Positions 42,103 through 52,051 are shown, counted from the first letter of the stretch. The stretch is 64,000 nucleotides of DNA from an uncultured delta proteobacterium (GCA_963755125.1 CAVWIP010000001.1:256001-320000), one strand, 5' to 3'. The notes: a model not told the origin generated them from the letters alone. Numbers and translations are program-made.

Positions 42103-43617
42103 CTACTCTGCGAGCTGCGCTCGCACCACGACCGGTTCTTTCAGCGCGACCGTTGTATCGGGGTCGATGGGAACCTCCACGTCTCGGGGACCTTGCGCGA
42201 TGGTCAGCGTCCGCGTCCCCTCCCGGACGCTGAGTTCGTAGCGCCCCGGCAATACGCCAGCAACCAGAAAGTGCCCGTCCTGATCCAGTGCGCCCACCGC
42301 CGGTCTTGGGAAGGCCAGAGAGGGTGCCCTACCCAGCAGGACGGCGCGGGTATCGGATGACAGATGGTAGCCTGGCCTGGAAACAACCTGGCCGGTGACG
42401 CGCGCCCCTTTGTGATCAAGACGAAGCTCGACGGTGACATCGCCCTTCTCGGCCAGTTCGATCCTTTCAGGTGGGTAAGCCAGCATGTCGCCCCGCCGGG
42501 CCCACAGGTAGTAGGTGCCGGGGGCGAAATGGTCTTGGGCAAAGCTCCCTTCCGAATCCGTGGTCCAGAAAATGGGCAGGGTCGGCGCGCCGGGCACATC
42601 GGAGAGCACCGTTGCGACCGTGGCATTGGGCTCAGGCGAGCCGTCGGCGCTGTGTACGACGCCGCGGATCACAGTGCCGTGCGCCAGCTTCACGGTGAGC
42701 CGCGCCGCCGGGGCAGTGAGCGCGTTCTTCGTGGTGATTGACTTCCAGCCAAACTTGGAGACGCGCAGGGAATATCGGCGGGCTTCCAAGCCGCCCAGTA
42801 CGAAGGTTCCGTCTGCGCCAGAGCGAGTCTCACTGACCGCGATGGCGTCTTCCGAAGTGCGCACGGCCTGCACGAACGCATCCGCCACCGGGACGCCGGT
42901 TTCGGCGTCAACCACGCGGCCGCGCGCGGCCGACTCCGGGCCCATGCGAAAAGTCCGCGTGGGAGCGGTGCCGGTAGCGCCGAGCTTGTCAGGCGCCACA
43001 CGGTCGACAATCTCGCTGGCCAGGCCGAGGCGACGCAGGCGCAGGGCATATGTCCAGGGACCGTTGCGCAGGTGAAGCCTGAACGTACCGTCCTTGGCCG
43101 AAACCTCGTCTCCCAGTGGGGTGAATTGCGTGCCCCGCGCTACCCAGATGTCGACATGCACGCCCTCGAGTCGGTGGCCCGCCTCATCCGTCACTCGTCC
43201 AGACAGAATCACTTCCGGTCGATCGGCCGTGTCCCGGTTGAACACGGCCCGATGGAAGGCCAGTTCAGAATCGAGCACGCAGTGCGGTTCGGGTGTCCAT
43301 GGCAGGGCACAGGGTGGCGCCAGCGTCGAGCAGAACTCTACGCATTCCTCAGCATCCTTGGGATCGCACACGTGTGGCCGCGACTGAAATGCCTCTAGTG
43401 AGGAACCCTCTCCCTCTCGGCCGACGCAGTACAAACAAGCATCAGGCTGCTCCACACACAGGACGCCGCGGGGCGATGCGCTGGCGACGTCGGCCGGCCG
43501 CGCTTTCGACGCCTGAACCGAACGCTTGCAGGCCGGCAGCGCAAACACGAGCGCGGCGCACAGGCCGAGCTTCAAAAATGCGCGTGCCACAGGTTGTCTC
43601 GCATCAAGGCTGGACAC
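42103..43617 (-). CDS. Lipoprotein with a Cys-rich N-terminus and tandem carboxypeptidase-regulatory-like beta-sandwich repeats
   Basis: Lipobox LPAC. Repeats of GRVxD…G.P/V…DG.F…L..G.Y.L. Confidence 0.75.
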   Translation of the reverse strand: MSSLDARQPVARAFLKLGLCAALVFALPACKRSVQASKARPADVASASPRGVLCVEQPDACLYCVGREGEGSSLEAFQSRPHVCDPKDAEECVEFCSTLAPPCALPWTPEPHCVLDSELAFHRAVFNRDTADRPEVILSGRVTDEAGHRLEGVHVDIWVARGTQFTPLGDEVSAKDGTFRLHLRNGPWTYALRLRRLGLASEIVDRVAPDKLGATGTAPTRTFRMGPESAARGRVVDAETGVPVADAFVQAVRTSEDAIAVSETRSGADGTFVLGGLEARRYSLRVSKFGWKSITTKNALTAPAARLTVKLAHGTVIRGVVHSADGSPEPNATVATVLSDVPGAPTLPIFWTTDSEGSFAQDHFAPGTYYLWARRGDMLAYPPERIELAEKGDVTVELRLDHKGARVTGQVVSRPGYHLSSDTRAVLLGRAPSLAFPRPAVGALDQDGHFLVAGVLPGRYELSVREGTRTLTIAQGPRDVEVPIDPDTTVALKEPVVVRAQLAE

Positions 43618-43694
43618 AGGGGAAGACTATAGGATCGCGGGCACTCGGCAAGCGCGCGGTTTGGTTGTAGAAGACCGCCAAGGATCGTGAAGCC

Positions 43695-44327
43695 TTGATC
43701 CGCGGCAAACTGATAGTCTTGGAAGGCATCGACGGCTCGGGCACCACAACGCAAACCGAGCGGCTGGTCGAATCCCTGCGCCAGCAGGGTCGTATGGCTG
43801 CTTCCACGCGTGAGCCCAGTGCCGGGCCCATCGGTCGACTCCTGCGCGAGGTGCTTCTTGGCCAGCATCGCATGCCGTACGATGATGCCTCGGTGGACGG
43901 TCGGACCATGGCCCTGCTCTTTGCCGCTGATCGCCTCGACCACCTGCAACGCGAGGTGGAACCCTTGCTAGCCGCAGGAACCGACGTGGTTTCTGACCGC
44001 TATCTGATGTCGTCACTCGCCTATCAAGCAGAGGAGGCCGATCGTGAGTGGGTGGGCGTGCTAGCGCGAGGGGTGCGACCGCCAGATCTGACCATCCTGC
44101 TCGACATCCCGGTGGAGGTGGCGGCGCAACGCAGGCTGCTGGCCGGGCGTCCCCAAGAACGCTACGACGCGGATGCCTACCTTGGCCTCGTGGCAAACAA
44201 CTACCGTCGGCTGGCGCACGCTGACCCGTCGGCCGCGATCGTCGACGGTTCCGCATCGCGAGACGAAGTCACGGCCGCCATCGTCGCGGCAGTGCAAGGA
44301 CGGTTCGCATCCTTGGCAACGCCATGA
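43695..44327 (+). CDS. tmk: Thymidylate (dTMP) kinase
   Basis: EGIDGSGTTTQ P-loop (Thr in place of the usual Lys), TREP, LLFAADR and DRY..SSLAYQ. Confidence 0.93.
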   Translation: MIRGKLIVLEGIDGSGTTTQTERLVESLRQQGRMAASTREPSAGPIGRLLREVLLGQHRMPYDDASVDGRTMALLFAADRLDHLQREVEPLLAAGTDVVSDRYLMSSLAYQAEEADREWVGVLARGVRPPDLTILLDIPVEVAAQRRLLAGRPQERYDADAYLGLVANNYRRLAHADPSAAIVDGSASRDEVTAAIVAAVQGRFASLATP

Positions 44328-44893
44328 GAGTATGGTGGGGCATGCATCGACGTCTTTGTTCTCTTGGCGCTCTCCTGAACGGTGTTCTTCCCATGGGGCT
44401 GCTGGTTGCCTCCTGCGCGACAAGCAGGCCCGACTTGGCCAGCCCGGCTCCCGTGGGCGAGCAGCCCACTCCCTTGGAGACCGTGGCTCCCGCACCCTCC
44501 CCTGCCCCCGAGCCAGAAAAGCCTCCCACGCCGGCACCAGCCGTGTGTACCGCATTTGTGAAACCGGGGGTGCTGAAACGTTCGGCGGTGGTTCGTGTCG
44601 TGGATATAGGCATCGGACGCTGGCTGGCGGGTGGTGCGGAAGTGGAACGAAAGATCGCCAAGAGTCATTTCCAAGGTTGGGAGATCCAGCGCCTGTATCC
44701 CGGCGATCCTTGCTACGCGACCGTCGACCTTCGGCCACACGATGTGGTCATCCAGGTGAATGGCAAGCCGATCGAGAAGCCCGAGCAGGCATTCGACGTG
44801 CTGACCAGCCTGCGTACGGCTTCCGAGTTGGTGGTGGACTTTCTGCGCGACGGCCAGCCGCAAAAGCTGACCCTGCAGATCGCGGACGAATAG
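44324..44893 (+). CDS. Lipoprotein with a C-terminal PDZ-like domain (GspC C-terminus-like)
   Basis: LVASC lipobox, Pro-rich linker and DLRPHDVVIQVNGKPI…DFLRDGQ. Confidence 0.7.
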   Translation: MRVWWGMHRRLCSLGALLNGVLPMGLLVASCATSRPDLASPAPVGEQPTPLETVAPAPSPAPEPEKPPTPAPAVCTAFVKPGVLKRSAVVRVVDIGIGRWLAGGAEVERKIAKSHFQGWEIQRLYPGDPCYATVDLRPHDVVIQVNGKPIEKPEQAFDVLTSLRTASELVVDFLRDGQPQKLTLQIADE

Positions 44894-46954
44894 CTAGTGC
44901 TTTCGCTTGCTGCCCCTTGCCCGATGAAACGCCCTGGGCTTCACCGGCTTCTTGCTTGATTTCTCCTCTTGCTCGGCGCCACTGACCGCGTCGCCAGCAC
45001 TTGGCTTGGCGGCGTCGTCAGCGGCGCCGAGCCCAGCCGCTGCCTTCTCCGGGGCGGCGGGCGTGGGCACGGCGGCTGGAACGGGCGGCGCAGCCGCAGT
45101 CGGCGTCGGAACCGCCGGTGCGGGCGTGGGAGGAGCGGCTGTCGGCGGCGGAATGCTGACGGCAGCCGCCGCCGGCGCGACGGCGTGGGCCTTGTTGCTT
45201 GCCTTGCCCTTCATCATCATGGCGACCACGACAATCAGAGCCACGATCACCACGGCGGCGATGAGCAAGATCGCGGTTCGTCGGCCACGGCCGATTTCTT
45301 CCACCAGTTCCCGCTCGTTCATCTTCTCGCCGGGTATCGCGACAGCCGCCGCAGGCATGGCCGTGGATGTTCCCCCGGTCCGCAGGGAAAACTTCTTCCG
45401 ATCTTCGGTGGTCACGGAACCGTCATCGACGTAGCGATCTTCCAGCGGTCTTACGTCGTCGGTGGGCAACTCGGCCTCAGCGGCAGGTTTCCCGGCGGCC
45501 GCCTGCTTGGCCTTGGCGTCGGCCACCATCTGATCCACGTCCCCCTTCTTGAACCAAAGCGTTTCGCGAAAGGCAGCGCCCGGCTTGGGAGGTGCAGCCT
45601 TGCCAGCCTCCGCAGGCTTGACGCCCAAAACCGGCGTGCCTGACCGTTGCGCAACAGCCGCCTGCTGCGCCGGCGGAACGGACTTTGGCGCTGGGGTTGC
45701 CGGACGCGGCGCGGCCGGGGGCGAGTCGATTACCATGGGCCTCGACGGAGCGGCCGGCGCAGGTCGAACAGGCGCCGCGGGCTCGGCTGCGATGGTGTCC
45801 ATGACCGATATGGTGGGCTCGACGACGGCCGCCGGCACCTTCGTCGCGGGTTTGACCGCCACCGGCTCGACGACGGGTGCTGGGGCCGCAGGCTCTCGGC
45901 TGGCCAAGGCGGCCGAGGCAGCCGCCTTGGCCGCCTTGGCCTCGGCGACCATACGCGCAACATCGGCCTGATTCCCAGCGAACAGCATGGTCTTGGCCGT
46001 CCCCACATCCGCGCCGGCAGGTTTGGCAGCTCCGCTGGCCGAAGCGCCTGGGGCGGCTGCCTTCACGGCTTCGAGTTCAGTCAGGAAAAGCCGCAGGGTC
46101 AGATGCCGGCGGCTTGAACTCTTGTCCATCGCCTTGACGATGAGGCGGTCAGCGTCGGCCGAAATTCCGGCGTCAGGCCGTCGCTGGCTGGGCGCCAAGA
46201 CCGGGCTTGAGACATGCATTTCAAGCATGGCCGCCGGTGCGGTTGCCTGGAATGGGGCCTCGCCAGTCAGCATGTGGTAGAGCATGGCCGCCAGGCTGTA
46301 GATATTTGAACGCTGGTCAGCTGGCTTGCCCTGAGCCTGCTCGGGCGAAACGTAGGCCGGGTCGCCCGCCACCCTGTCGGTGACCGGCGGGGCCAGCGGA
46401 AAGTTGATGACCTTCACGTCACCGGTCGGACCAACCAAGACGTTTCCCGGCGACACGTCCCGATGGACCAACCCGGCCTTCTGTGCCTCGAGAAGCGCTT
46501 GGCCCACCTGCGCGATCATGGCCTTGGCCGTGTCCAGGTCGACCGGACCAGCCTGCAACACGCTGGCCAGCGATTCTCCCGGGAACAGCTCCATGGCGAC
46601 GAATAGACGTTCGTCAGGCAGCCTGCCACAATCGATAATGGTGGCGACCCGTGGGCTGGAAACCCTCATGAGTTGCTTGAACTCTCGCTCCGCGCGGGAC
46701 TGGGTGGCCGACGACCCCAGCACAGCCGGGTTGACCAGCTTGAGGGCGACCTCGGCACCTGTCTGACCATCACGCGCTCGCCACACCTCGCCGGTGCTGC
46801 CGCCCCCGATGCGCTCGATTGGCTTGAAGCGCATCTCTGGTGCGTCCGGCACGGCCTCCAAGCGCTGCGGGCCGTCCGCCGTGGCACAAGTTTCCAGCGG
46901 ACAGAAATTGGCGTCCTCGGGGTACTTCGACTTGCAGATTGGACAGGTTTTCAT
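44894..46954 (-). CDS. Hanks-type Ser/Thr protein kinase-like membrane protein, probable pseudokinase
   Basis: N-terminal Cys motif (CPIC…FC), GGGSTGEV, VALK, HRDVSPGN, NFP in place of DFG, YVSPEQ, Pro/Ala linker and a C-terminal TM. Confidence 0.85.
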   Translation of the reverse strand: MKTCPICKSKYPEDANFCPLETCATADGPQRLEAVPDAPEMRFKPIERIGGGSTGEVWRARDGQTGAEVALKLVNPAVLGSSATQSRAEREFKQLMRVSSPRVATIIDCGRLPDERLFVAMELFPGESLASVLQAGPVDLDTAKAMIAQVGQALLEAQKAGLVHRDVSPGNVLVGPTGDVKVINFPLAPPVTDRVAGDPAYVSPEQAQGKPADQRSNIYSLAAMLYHMLTGEAPFQATAPAAMLEMHVSSPVLAPSQRRPDAGISADADRLIVKAMDKSSSRRHLTLRLFLTELEAVKAAAPGASASGAAKPAGADVGTAKTMLFAGNQADVARMVAEAKAAKAAASAALASREPAAPAPVVEPVAVKPATKVPAAVVEPTISVMDTIAAEPAAPVRPAPAAPSRPMVIDSPPAAPRPATPAPKSVPPAQQAAVAQRSGTPVLGVKPAEAGKAAPPKPGAAFRETLWFKKGDVDQMVADAKAKQAAAGKPAAEAELPTDDVRPLEDRYVDDGSVTTEDRKKFSLRTGGTSTAMPAAAVAIPGEKMNERELVEEIGRGRRTAILLIAAVVIVALIVVVAMMMKGKASNKAHAVAPAAAAVSIPPPTAAPPTPAPAVPTPTAAAPPVPAAVPTPAAPEKAAAGLGAADDAAKPSAGDAVSGAEQEEKSSKKPVKPRAFHRARGSKRKH

Positions 46955-47107
46955 CCGGTACCTGAGGTGAAGTCGCTCCGCCTGCCAGGACAATTCCTCA
47001 ACAGAAACGAAGCGAGTAAATCCTAAGCCGAAGGCACCGGCGAAAGCAACAAAGGGTTCCTCTACCCATCCGGGATGCGCGGGCTGGGTGCTGCCCCGCG
47101 TTGGAAG

Positions 47108-47275
47108 CTACTCAGCGGCTGTCTTGGGCGCGGGCTGGCCCGGAGCGCCCATGCCGGCGAACAGGTCGGCCTCGGACTTCGTCGAGCGAACACTTTCTTT
47201 GGCCTTGCGCTTGTGTCCGGCGTTCGAGTGGTGCCGTTGCCGGCGCTTCCAAGTCTGACGACTGTTCGATGCCAT
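47108..47275 (-). CDS. Small basic protein (55 aa), below the ORF-track length cutoff
   Basis: Translated by hand: MASNSRQTWKRRQRHHSNAGHKRKAKESVRSTKSEADLFAGMGAPGQPAPKTAAE*. ATG start, TAG stop, same strand as relA, fills the gap, and is followed by GC hairpins. Confidence 0.7.
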   Translation of the reverse strand: MASNSRQTWKRRQRHHSNAGHKRKAKESVRSTKSEADLFAGMGAPGQPAPKTAAE

Positions 47276-47350
47276 GGGACACTTCACTTAGCAGGGGCGA
47301 AGCGTGAGGTCAACTGCGGATGCCTCCCGTGCTGATGACTATACACGCGT

Positions 47351-49510
47351 TTACTGTCGCTCCGCTGAGATCACCCCGTCGATTCCCTGCAAGGCCCGCA
47401 CGACTTTCTTCAGTTGGTCCAGGTGACTGACCGTAACCTGGAAGGTGTTGATGCCGCGACGGTCCTCGGTGGTCTTGCACCTGGCCTGGGCGATGTTGAC
47501 CCCGAACTCGGTGAAGCACTTGGAAATGGCGGCCAGAATACCAGGGCGGTCGGTCGAAATGACCTCGACCGCCACGGGGCGCAGCATGCGGGTGTCTTCA
47601 TCCCAGGACACCTCCACCCGCCGCGCGGGATCCAGATTCAGTGCCTTGGGGCAACTCAGGGTGTGCACGATGACCCCGCGCCCGCGGCTGATGAATGCCA
47701 CGATGGGATCGCCGGGCACTGGGCTGCAGCACTTGGCAAAGCGGACCACGATGTCGGCCTCGCCCTGTACGCGCACTCCGCCCACCGAGCGCTTGGTCAA
47801 GCGCCTGGCCTGCGCGCTCGCGTCGGCAATCACGTCCGCCAGGTTTTCGGAAGTCGCGTCCACGGGCTGGGCCTCGGGGTAGATGGCGGCATAGGCGTGT
47901 TCGGGCGTGACTTTGCCGTAGCCCACGTGAACGATGAGATCGTCAGCACTGCTCAGCCGCAGTGCCGCCGCCGCCTTGTCAACCAGGTGCTCCTTTTCGG
48001 CTGTCGCCAGTGAGCGATGGTGATTGCGCAACTCGCGCGCGAGGATGTCGCGTCCCAGCCGACGGCTGCGTTCGCGCTGTTCGTTGCGCAGGTGGTGGCG
48101 GATCTTGGTCTGCGCGCTGCTGGTCACCACGAACTTCAGCCAGTCCTTGGACGGCTTCTGCGAGGTCGAGGTGATGATGTCGACCGTGTCGCCGTTGCGC
48201 AGAGGGTAGCGCAGGGGAACCATGACGCCGTTGACTCGGGCCCCTGAGCAGTGGTCACCGATCTTGGAGTGGACTGCGTAGGCGAAGTCAATGGGCGTCG
48301 CCCCCTTGGGCAAGGCCTTGACGTCACCCTTGGGTGTGAAGACGAAGACTTCCTCTTGAAACAGGTCGATCTTCACCGTCTGGATGAACTCGGTCGGATC
48401 CTTCAGATCGCGCTGCCACTCCATCAACTGGTGCAGCCAGGCGAAGGCCTGGCGATCGCCGGTACCCAGCACCGAGGGTTCCTTGTACTGCCAGTGGGCC
48501 GCGATTCCCTGTTCGGCGGTCCGGTGCATCTCGGGCGTGCGGATCTGCACCTCCATGCGGTCAGCCCCCGGCCCGATCACGGTGGTGTGCAGCGACTGAT
48601 ACAGGTTGGGCTTGGGCAGTGCGATGTAGTCCTTGAAACGTCCGGGCACCGGCATCCAGTTGGAGTGCACGATGCCGAGTGCCGCGTAGCAATTCTGGAC
48701 GGTATCCGTGATGATGCGAAACGCGACGATGTCGTAGACCTGTTCCAGCTCGCGGCCGGTCCGCTTCATCTTCTGGTTGATCGACCAGAACGACTTGGCC
48801 CGCCCACTCACCTGCGCGGGGATCGAGGCGCCGGCCAGCACGCGCTGCAACTCCTGGCAAACCTCGGTGATATAGGCATCGCGACTGGCCTGGGTTCCCG
48901 CCATCTTGGCCGAGAGATCCTGGTGGTCGTCGGGCTCGAGGTAGCGAAAAGCGAGATCTTCCAGCTCGACCTTCATCCACTGGATACCCAGCCGGTTGGC
49001 GATGGGCGCGTAGATCTCGCGCGTCTCGCGGGCGATGCGCTCCTGCTTCTCGCGCGACACGTACTGCAGGGTGCGCATGTTGTCCACGCGGTCAGCCAGC
49101 TTGACCAGGATGACCCGGATGTCACGCGCCATGGCCAGCAGCATCTTGCGGAAGTTCTCTGCCTGGCGCTCCTCGCGTGTGTTCCAGGGGATCTGACCCA
49201 GCTTGGTGACGCCGTCGACCAGTCGCTGGATCTCGGCGCCGAAGAGGCGTCCGATGTCCTCGGATGTGGCGCTGGTGTCCTCCACGCAGTCGTGTAAGAG
49301 CCCCGCGCAAATAGACGCCACGTCCAGGTTCAACTCGGCGATGGTCTTGGCCACCCCCAACGGGTGCACGAAGTACGGCTCACCCGAACGCCGCATCTGC
49401 CCCGCGTGCCGTTGCTTGGCGAAGTCATAAGCGCGACGGATGAGCCCGATGTCGGCGTTGGGGGCGCTCTTCTGCGCGGCTTCGCAGATGACGTCGATGA
49501 TCTCCATCAC
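47351..49510 (-). CDS. relA: Bifunctional (p)ppGpp synthetase/hydrolase RelA/SpoT (HD-SYNTH-TGS-ACT)
   Basis: RRSGEPYFVHP, LLHDCVEDT (intact HD), RFKDYIA, YQSLHTTV, GIAAHW, TGS and C-terminal ACT (DRPGIL). Confidence 0.96.
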   Translation of the reverse strand: MMEIIDVICEAAQKSAPNADIGLIRRAYDFAKQRHAGQMRRSGEPYFVHPLGVAKTIAELNLDVASICAGLLHDCVEDTSATSEDIGRLFGAEIQRLVDGVTKLGQIPWNTREERQAENFRKMLLAMARDIRVILVKLADRVDNMRTLQYVSREKQERIARETREIYAPIANRLGIQWMKVELEDLAFRYLEPDDHQDLSAKMAGTQASRDAYITEVCQELQRVLAGASIPAQVSGRAKSFWSINQKMKRTGRELEQVYDIVAFRIITDTVQNCYAALGIVHSNWMPVPGRFKDYIALPKPNLYQSLHTTVIGPGADRMEVQIRTPEMHRTAEQGIAAHWQYKEPSVLGTGDRQAFAWLHQLMEWQRDLKDPTEFIQTVKIDLFQEEVFVFTPKGDVKALPKGATPIDFAYAVHSKIGDHCSGARVNGVMVPLRYPLRNGDTVDIITSTSQKPSKDWLKFVVTSSAQTKIRHHLRNEQRERSRRLGRDILARELRNHHRSLATAEKEHLVDKAAAALRLSSADDLIVHVGYGKVTPEHAYAAIYPEAQPVDATSENLADVIADASAQARRLTKRSVGGVRVQGEADIVVRFAKCCSPVPGDPIVAFISRGRGVIVHTLSCPKALNLDPARRVEVSWDEDTRMLRPVAVEVISTDRPGILAAISKCFTEFGVNIAQARCKTTEDRRGINTFQVTVSHLDQLKKVVRALQGIDGVISAERQ

Positions 49511-50157
49511 GGCTTGCCGACAGCGGCACGAGAGGCCGCCTCGCGCAACAAGGCCTGCGCCAGTTCGTCGTTGCGGACGCGCGTGCAGCCGGCTGCCACG
49601 TAGATGGCGCGCAGCTTGGCGTAGGCCTGGTCCAGGTTGTCGTTGACGACCAGATAGTCGTACTCACCGTAGTGGGTGAGCTCCTCGTGGGCCATGGCCA
49701 GCCGGCGCTCGATCACGTCGCTGGCATCGGTGGCGCGCTGGCGCAGGCGGCGCTCCAGCTCCTTCATCGACGGGGGTAAGATGAAGCACAGCACGCTCTC
49801 CGCGGGCCACAGGCGGCGAATCTGGCGGCCGCCCTGGTAGTCGACGTCGAACAGGCAATCCACGCCCTCAGCCAGTGAGTCGGTTACCGTCGCGACGCTG
49901 GTCCCGTACTGGTTGCCGTGGACGACCGCCCACTCGGCGAATTCGCGGCCCTCGACCATCTGGGCAAAGCGTTCGCGGCTCACGAAGTGGTAGTCTTTCC
50001 CCTGCACTTCATCCTTGCGGGGCTGGCGCGTGGTGTACGAGACGGAGAAGCGAAGGTCGAACTCCCCGGCCAGCCGTCGTGCCAGCGTGGTCTTGCCGGC
50101 GCCCGAGGGTGAGGAGATGACCAGCAAGAGGCCGGGGTTTCTATCGGGTGACGTCAT
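49507..50157 (-). CDS. gmk: Guanylate kinase
   Basis: SPSGAGKTT, SYTTRQPR, YHFVS, YGT and YDYLVVND. ATGA overlap with relA. Confidence 0.96.
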   Translation of the reverse strand: MTSPDRNPGLLLVISSPSGAGKTTLARRLAGEFDLRFSVSYTTRQPRKDEVQGKDYHFVSRERFAQMVEGREFAEWAVVHGNQYGTSVATVTDSLAEGVDCLFDVDYQGGRQIRRLWPAESVLCFILPPSMKELERRLRQRATDASDVIERRLAMAHEELTHYGEYDYLVVNDNLDQAYAKLRAIYVAAGCTRVRNDELAQALLREAASRAAVGKP

Positions 50158-50182
50158 GTCTCGGCATTTCTCGTCGGGTGGC

Positions 50183-51076
50183 TCACTCGATATTCTGGGC
50201 TTGCTCGCGCAGTTTCTCCAGTTCCGCCTTGCTCTCGACCACCAGGGCGGCGATGGGGGCGTCCTGGACCTTGGAGCCGATGGTGTTGATCTCGCGGCCA
50301 ACCTCTTGCACGAGGAAATCGATTTTGCGCCCGGCGGCCTCGGGGGCTGCGCCAGAAAGCAGTTCTCCCAAATGGTCGAGATGCGTGCGCAAACGAACCA
50401 GTTCCTCCGAAACGTCGAGTTTCTCTGCCAGCACGGCCACCTCCTGCGCCAGCCGCCCGGGATCGAGTCCGGCGCTGCTGGTCGCGAGGGCGGCCAAGCG
50501 TTCTTCCAGCTTGCGGGCCGCGCGGGTCGGCAAACTGGCGGCGGCCTGGGCGACGTGGGCCGCCAGCTCGCGCAGGCGATCGAGCCGCTGGCGCAGATCG
50601 GAGCAGAGAGCCGCTCCTTCGCGGGCCCGCGTGGCTTGTACTTGCTGCAGAGCTTGCTCCACGGCGGGGCGTACGCCCTGCCAGGTCATCTCGTCGCGCC
50701 GGACCTGGCGGGCTGCGGGGCCAGCCAGGAACGCAGCCACGGTGGACAGATCGACCGGCTGGGCCAGGCCCAGTTCGCGGCGCAGGGTCTCGATCGCATC
50801 GTGGGCCTGGCGCACAACCGCGAGATCGATGAGAGCGTCCGGCGCGTCGATGCCTTCCTCGCGTATGGAGACGCTGACCGAGCCGCGCACGATCTGCGCA
50901 CGAACCGCGCGCACGATCTCGCTCTCTACGGCCGCCGGGATGTCTCCCTCGCGACCCCGCACTTTCACGTCGCTGACTCGGCCGTTGAGCGAACGGATCT
51001 CGACGGTAACCCGTCGCGCACCGGTCTCGGCTGTCCCACGCCCGAACCCGGTCATACTCAGCAGACAGGTGCTCAT
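50183..51076 (-). CDS. yicC: YicC/YloC family endoribonuclease
   Basis: SMTGFG…EIRSLNGR, DVSEELVRL, GRKIDFLVQEVGREINTIGSK and REQAQNIE. Confidence 0.93.
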   Translation of the reverse strand: MSTCLLSMTGFGRGTAETGARRVTVEIRSLNGRVSDVKVRGREGDIPAAVESEIVRAVRAQIVRGSVSVSIREEGIDAPDALIDLAVVRQAHDAIETLRRELGLAQPVDLSTVAAFLAGPAARQVRRDEMTWQGVRPAVEQALQQVQATRAREGAALCSDLRQRLDRLRELAAHVAQAAASLPTRAARKLEERLAALATSSAGLDPGRLAQEVAVLAEKLDVSEELVRLRTHLDHLGELLSGAAPEAAGRKIDFLVQEVGREINTIGSKVQDAPIAALVVESKAELEKLREQAQNIE

Positions 51077-52020
51077 GGCATCGACCTCTGCTGGCGGAAC
51101 CAAGCCAGGGTCCGCTGCAGCCCGGTGGGGAAATCCACCGCCGCGGTGTAACCGAGCATGGCCTTGGCCTGCGCGATGTCAGCCAGCGAATGGCGAACGT
51201 CGCCAGCTCGCGCCGGCTCGTGGCGAGCAGCGATCGGCCGAGCCAACGACTCGCCGAGCAAGGCCAGAACCCGATTCAGGCTGGTGCCGGTTCCGCACGC
51301 GATGTTGAAGATCTTTCCCGAAACACCGTCGGCGTCTGCGGCCCGCAGATTGGCCTCGACCACGTTGTCGATGAAACAGAAGTCGCGCGATTGTTCGCCG
51401 TCGCCGAAGACGGTGGCGGGCTGGCCCTGCAGCGCAGCCGTAATGAAGCGCGGGATCACCGCTGCATACTGCGAGTTCGGATCCTGACGCGGACCGAACA
51501 CATTGAAGTAGCGCAGGATCACGGCCTGCACGCCAAACACCCGCGCGTACACTCGACAATAGTGCTCGCCCGCCAGCTTGGACGCAGCGTAGGGAGAGAG
51601 CGGCGCGGGCGCCATGCTCTCGACCACAGGCAGGCTCGGCGGCTCGCCATAGGCCGAGGACGAGCCGGCATAGACCACGCGCCGAACCTGGCAGCGACGC
51701 GCAGCCTCGAGCACGTTGAGCGTGCCCGTCGCGTTGGCGTTGTGGCTGGCCAGCGGCGCAGCCAACGAACGCGGCACCGAGGGAATCGCGGCTTCGTGAA
51801 ACACGACGTCCGCCCCGGCGAAAGCCCGGTCCAGCACGCTCGCGTCGAGAATGTCCCCTTCCACGACCGCAAGGCCGGTGGACACATCTTTAAGATTCTC
51901 GCGCTTGCCGGAGGAGAAGTTGTCCAGCACCAAGACGTCATCGCCTCGTGCGACCAAGGCGCGCGCGAGCGCGGATCCAATAAATCCGGCTCCTCCGGTG
52001 ATGACAATCCTTTTCGACAT
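51073..52020 (-). CDS. NAD-dependent nucleotide-sugar epimerase (extended SDR, WbpP/GalE-like)
   Basis: TGGAGFIGS, SSSAYG, YAASK, RYFNVFGPRQDP and GDGEQSRDF. Confidence 0.92.
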   Translation of the reverse strand: MSKRIVITGGAGFIGSALARALVARGDDVLVLDNFSSGKRENLKDVSTGLAVVEGDILDASVLDRAFAGADVVFHEAAIPSVPRSLAAPLASHNANATGTLNVLEAARRCQVRRVVYAGSSSAYGEPPSLPVVESMAPAPLSPYAASKLAGEHYCRVYARVFGVQAVILRYFNVFGPRQDPNSQYAAVIPRFITAALQGQPATVFGDGEQSRDFCFIDNVVEANLRAADADGVSGKIFNIACGTGTSLNRVLALLGESLARPIAARHEPARAGDVRHSLADIAQAKAMLGYTAAVDFPTGLQRTLAWFRQQRSMP

Positions 52021-52051
52021 GCGGTTCAGGCAGGCTGGAGAAAGGAGTCCT

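Noticed and set aside
47040..47100. Possible ncRNA between the small ORF and the kinase
   Set aside because: Only two short GC hairpins are visible, which fits a terminator. No known RNA family motif was recognised.
47108..47275. Ribosomal protein L28 (rpmB) or RNA polymerase omega (rpoZ), often found near gmk/relA
   Set aside because: The translation lacks the L28 pattern (GN.VSH…R.F.PNL) and does not resemble omega, so it is left unnamed.
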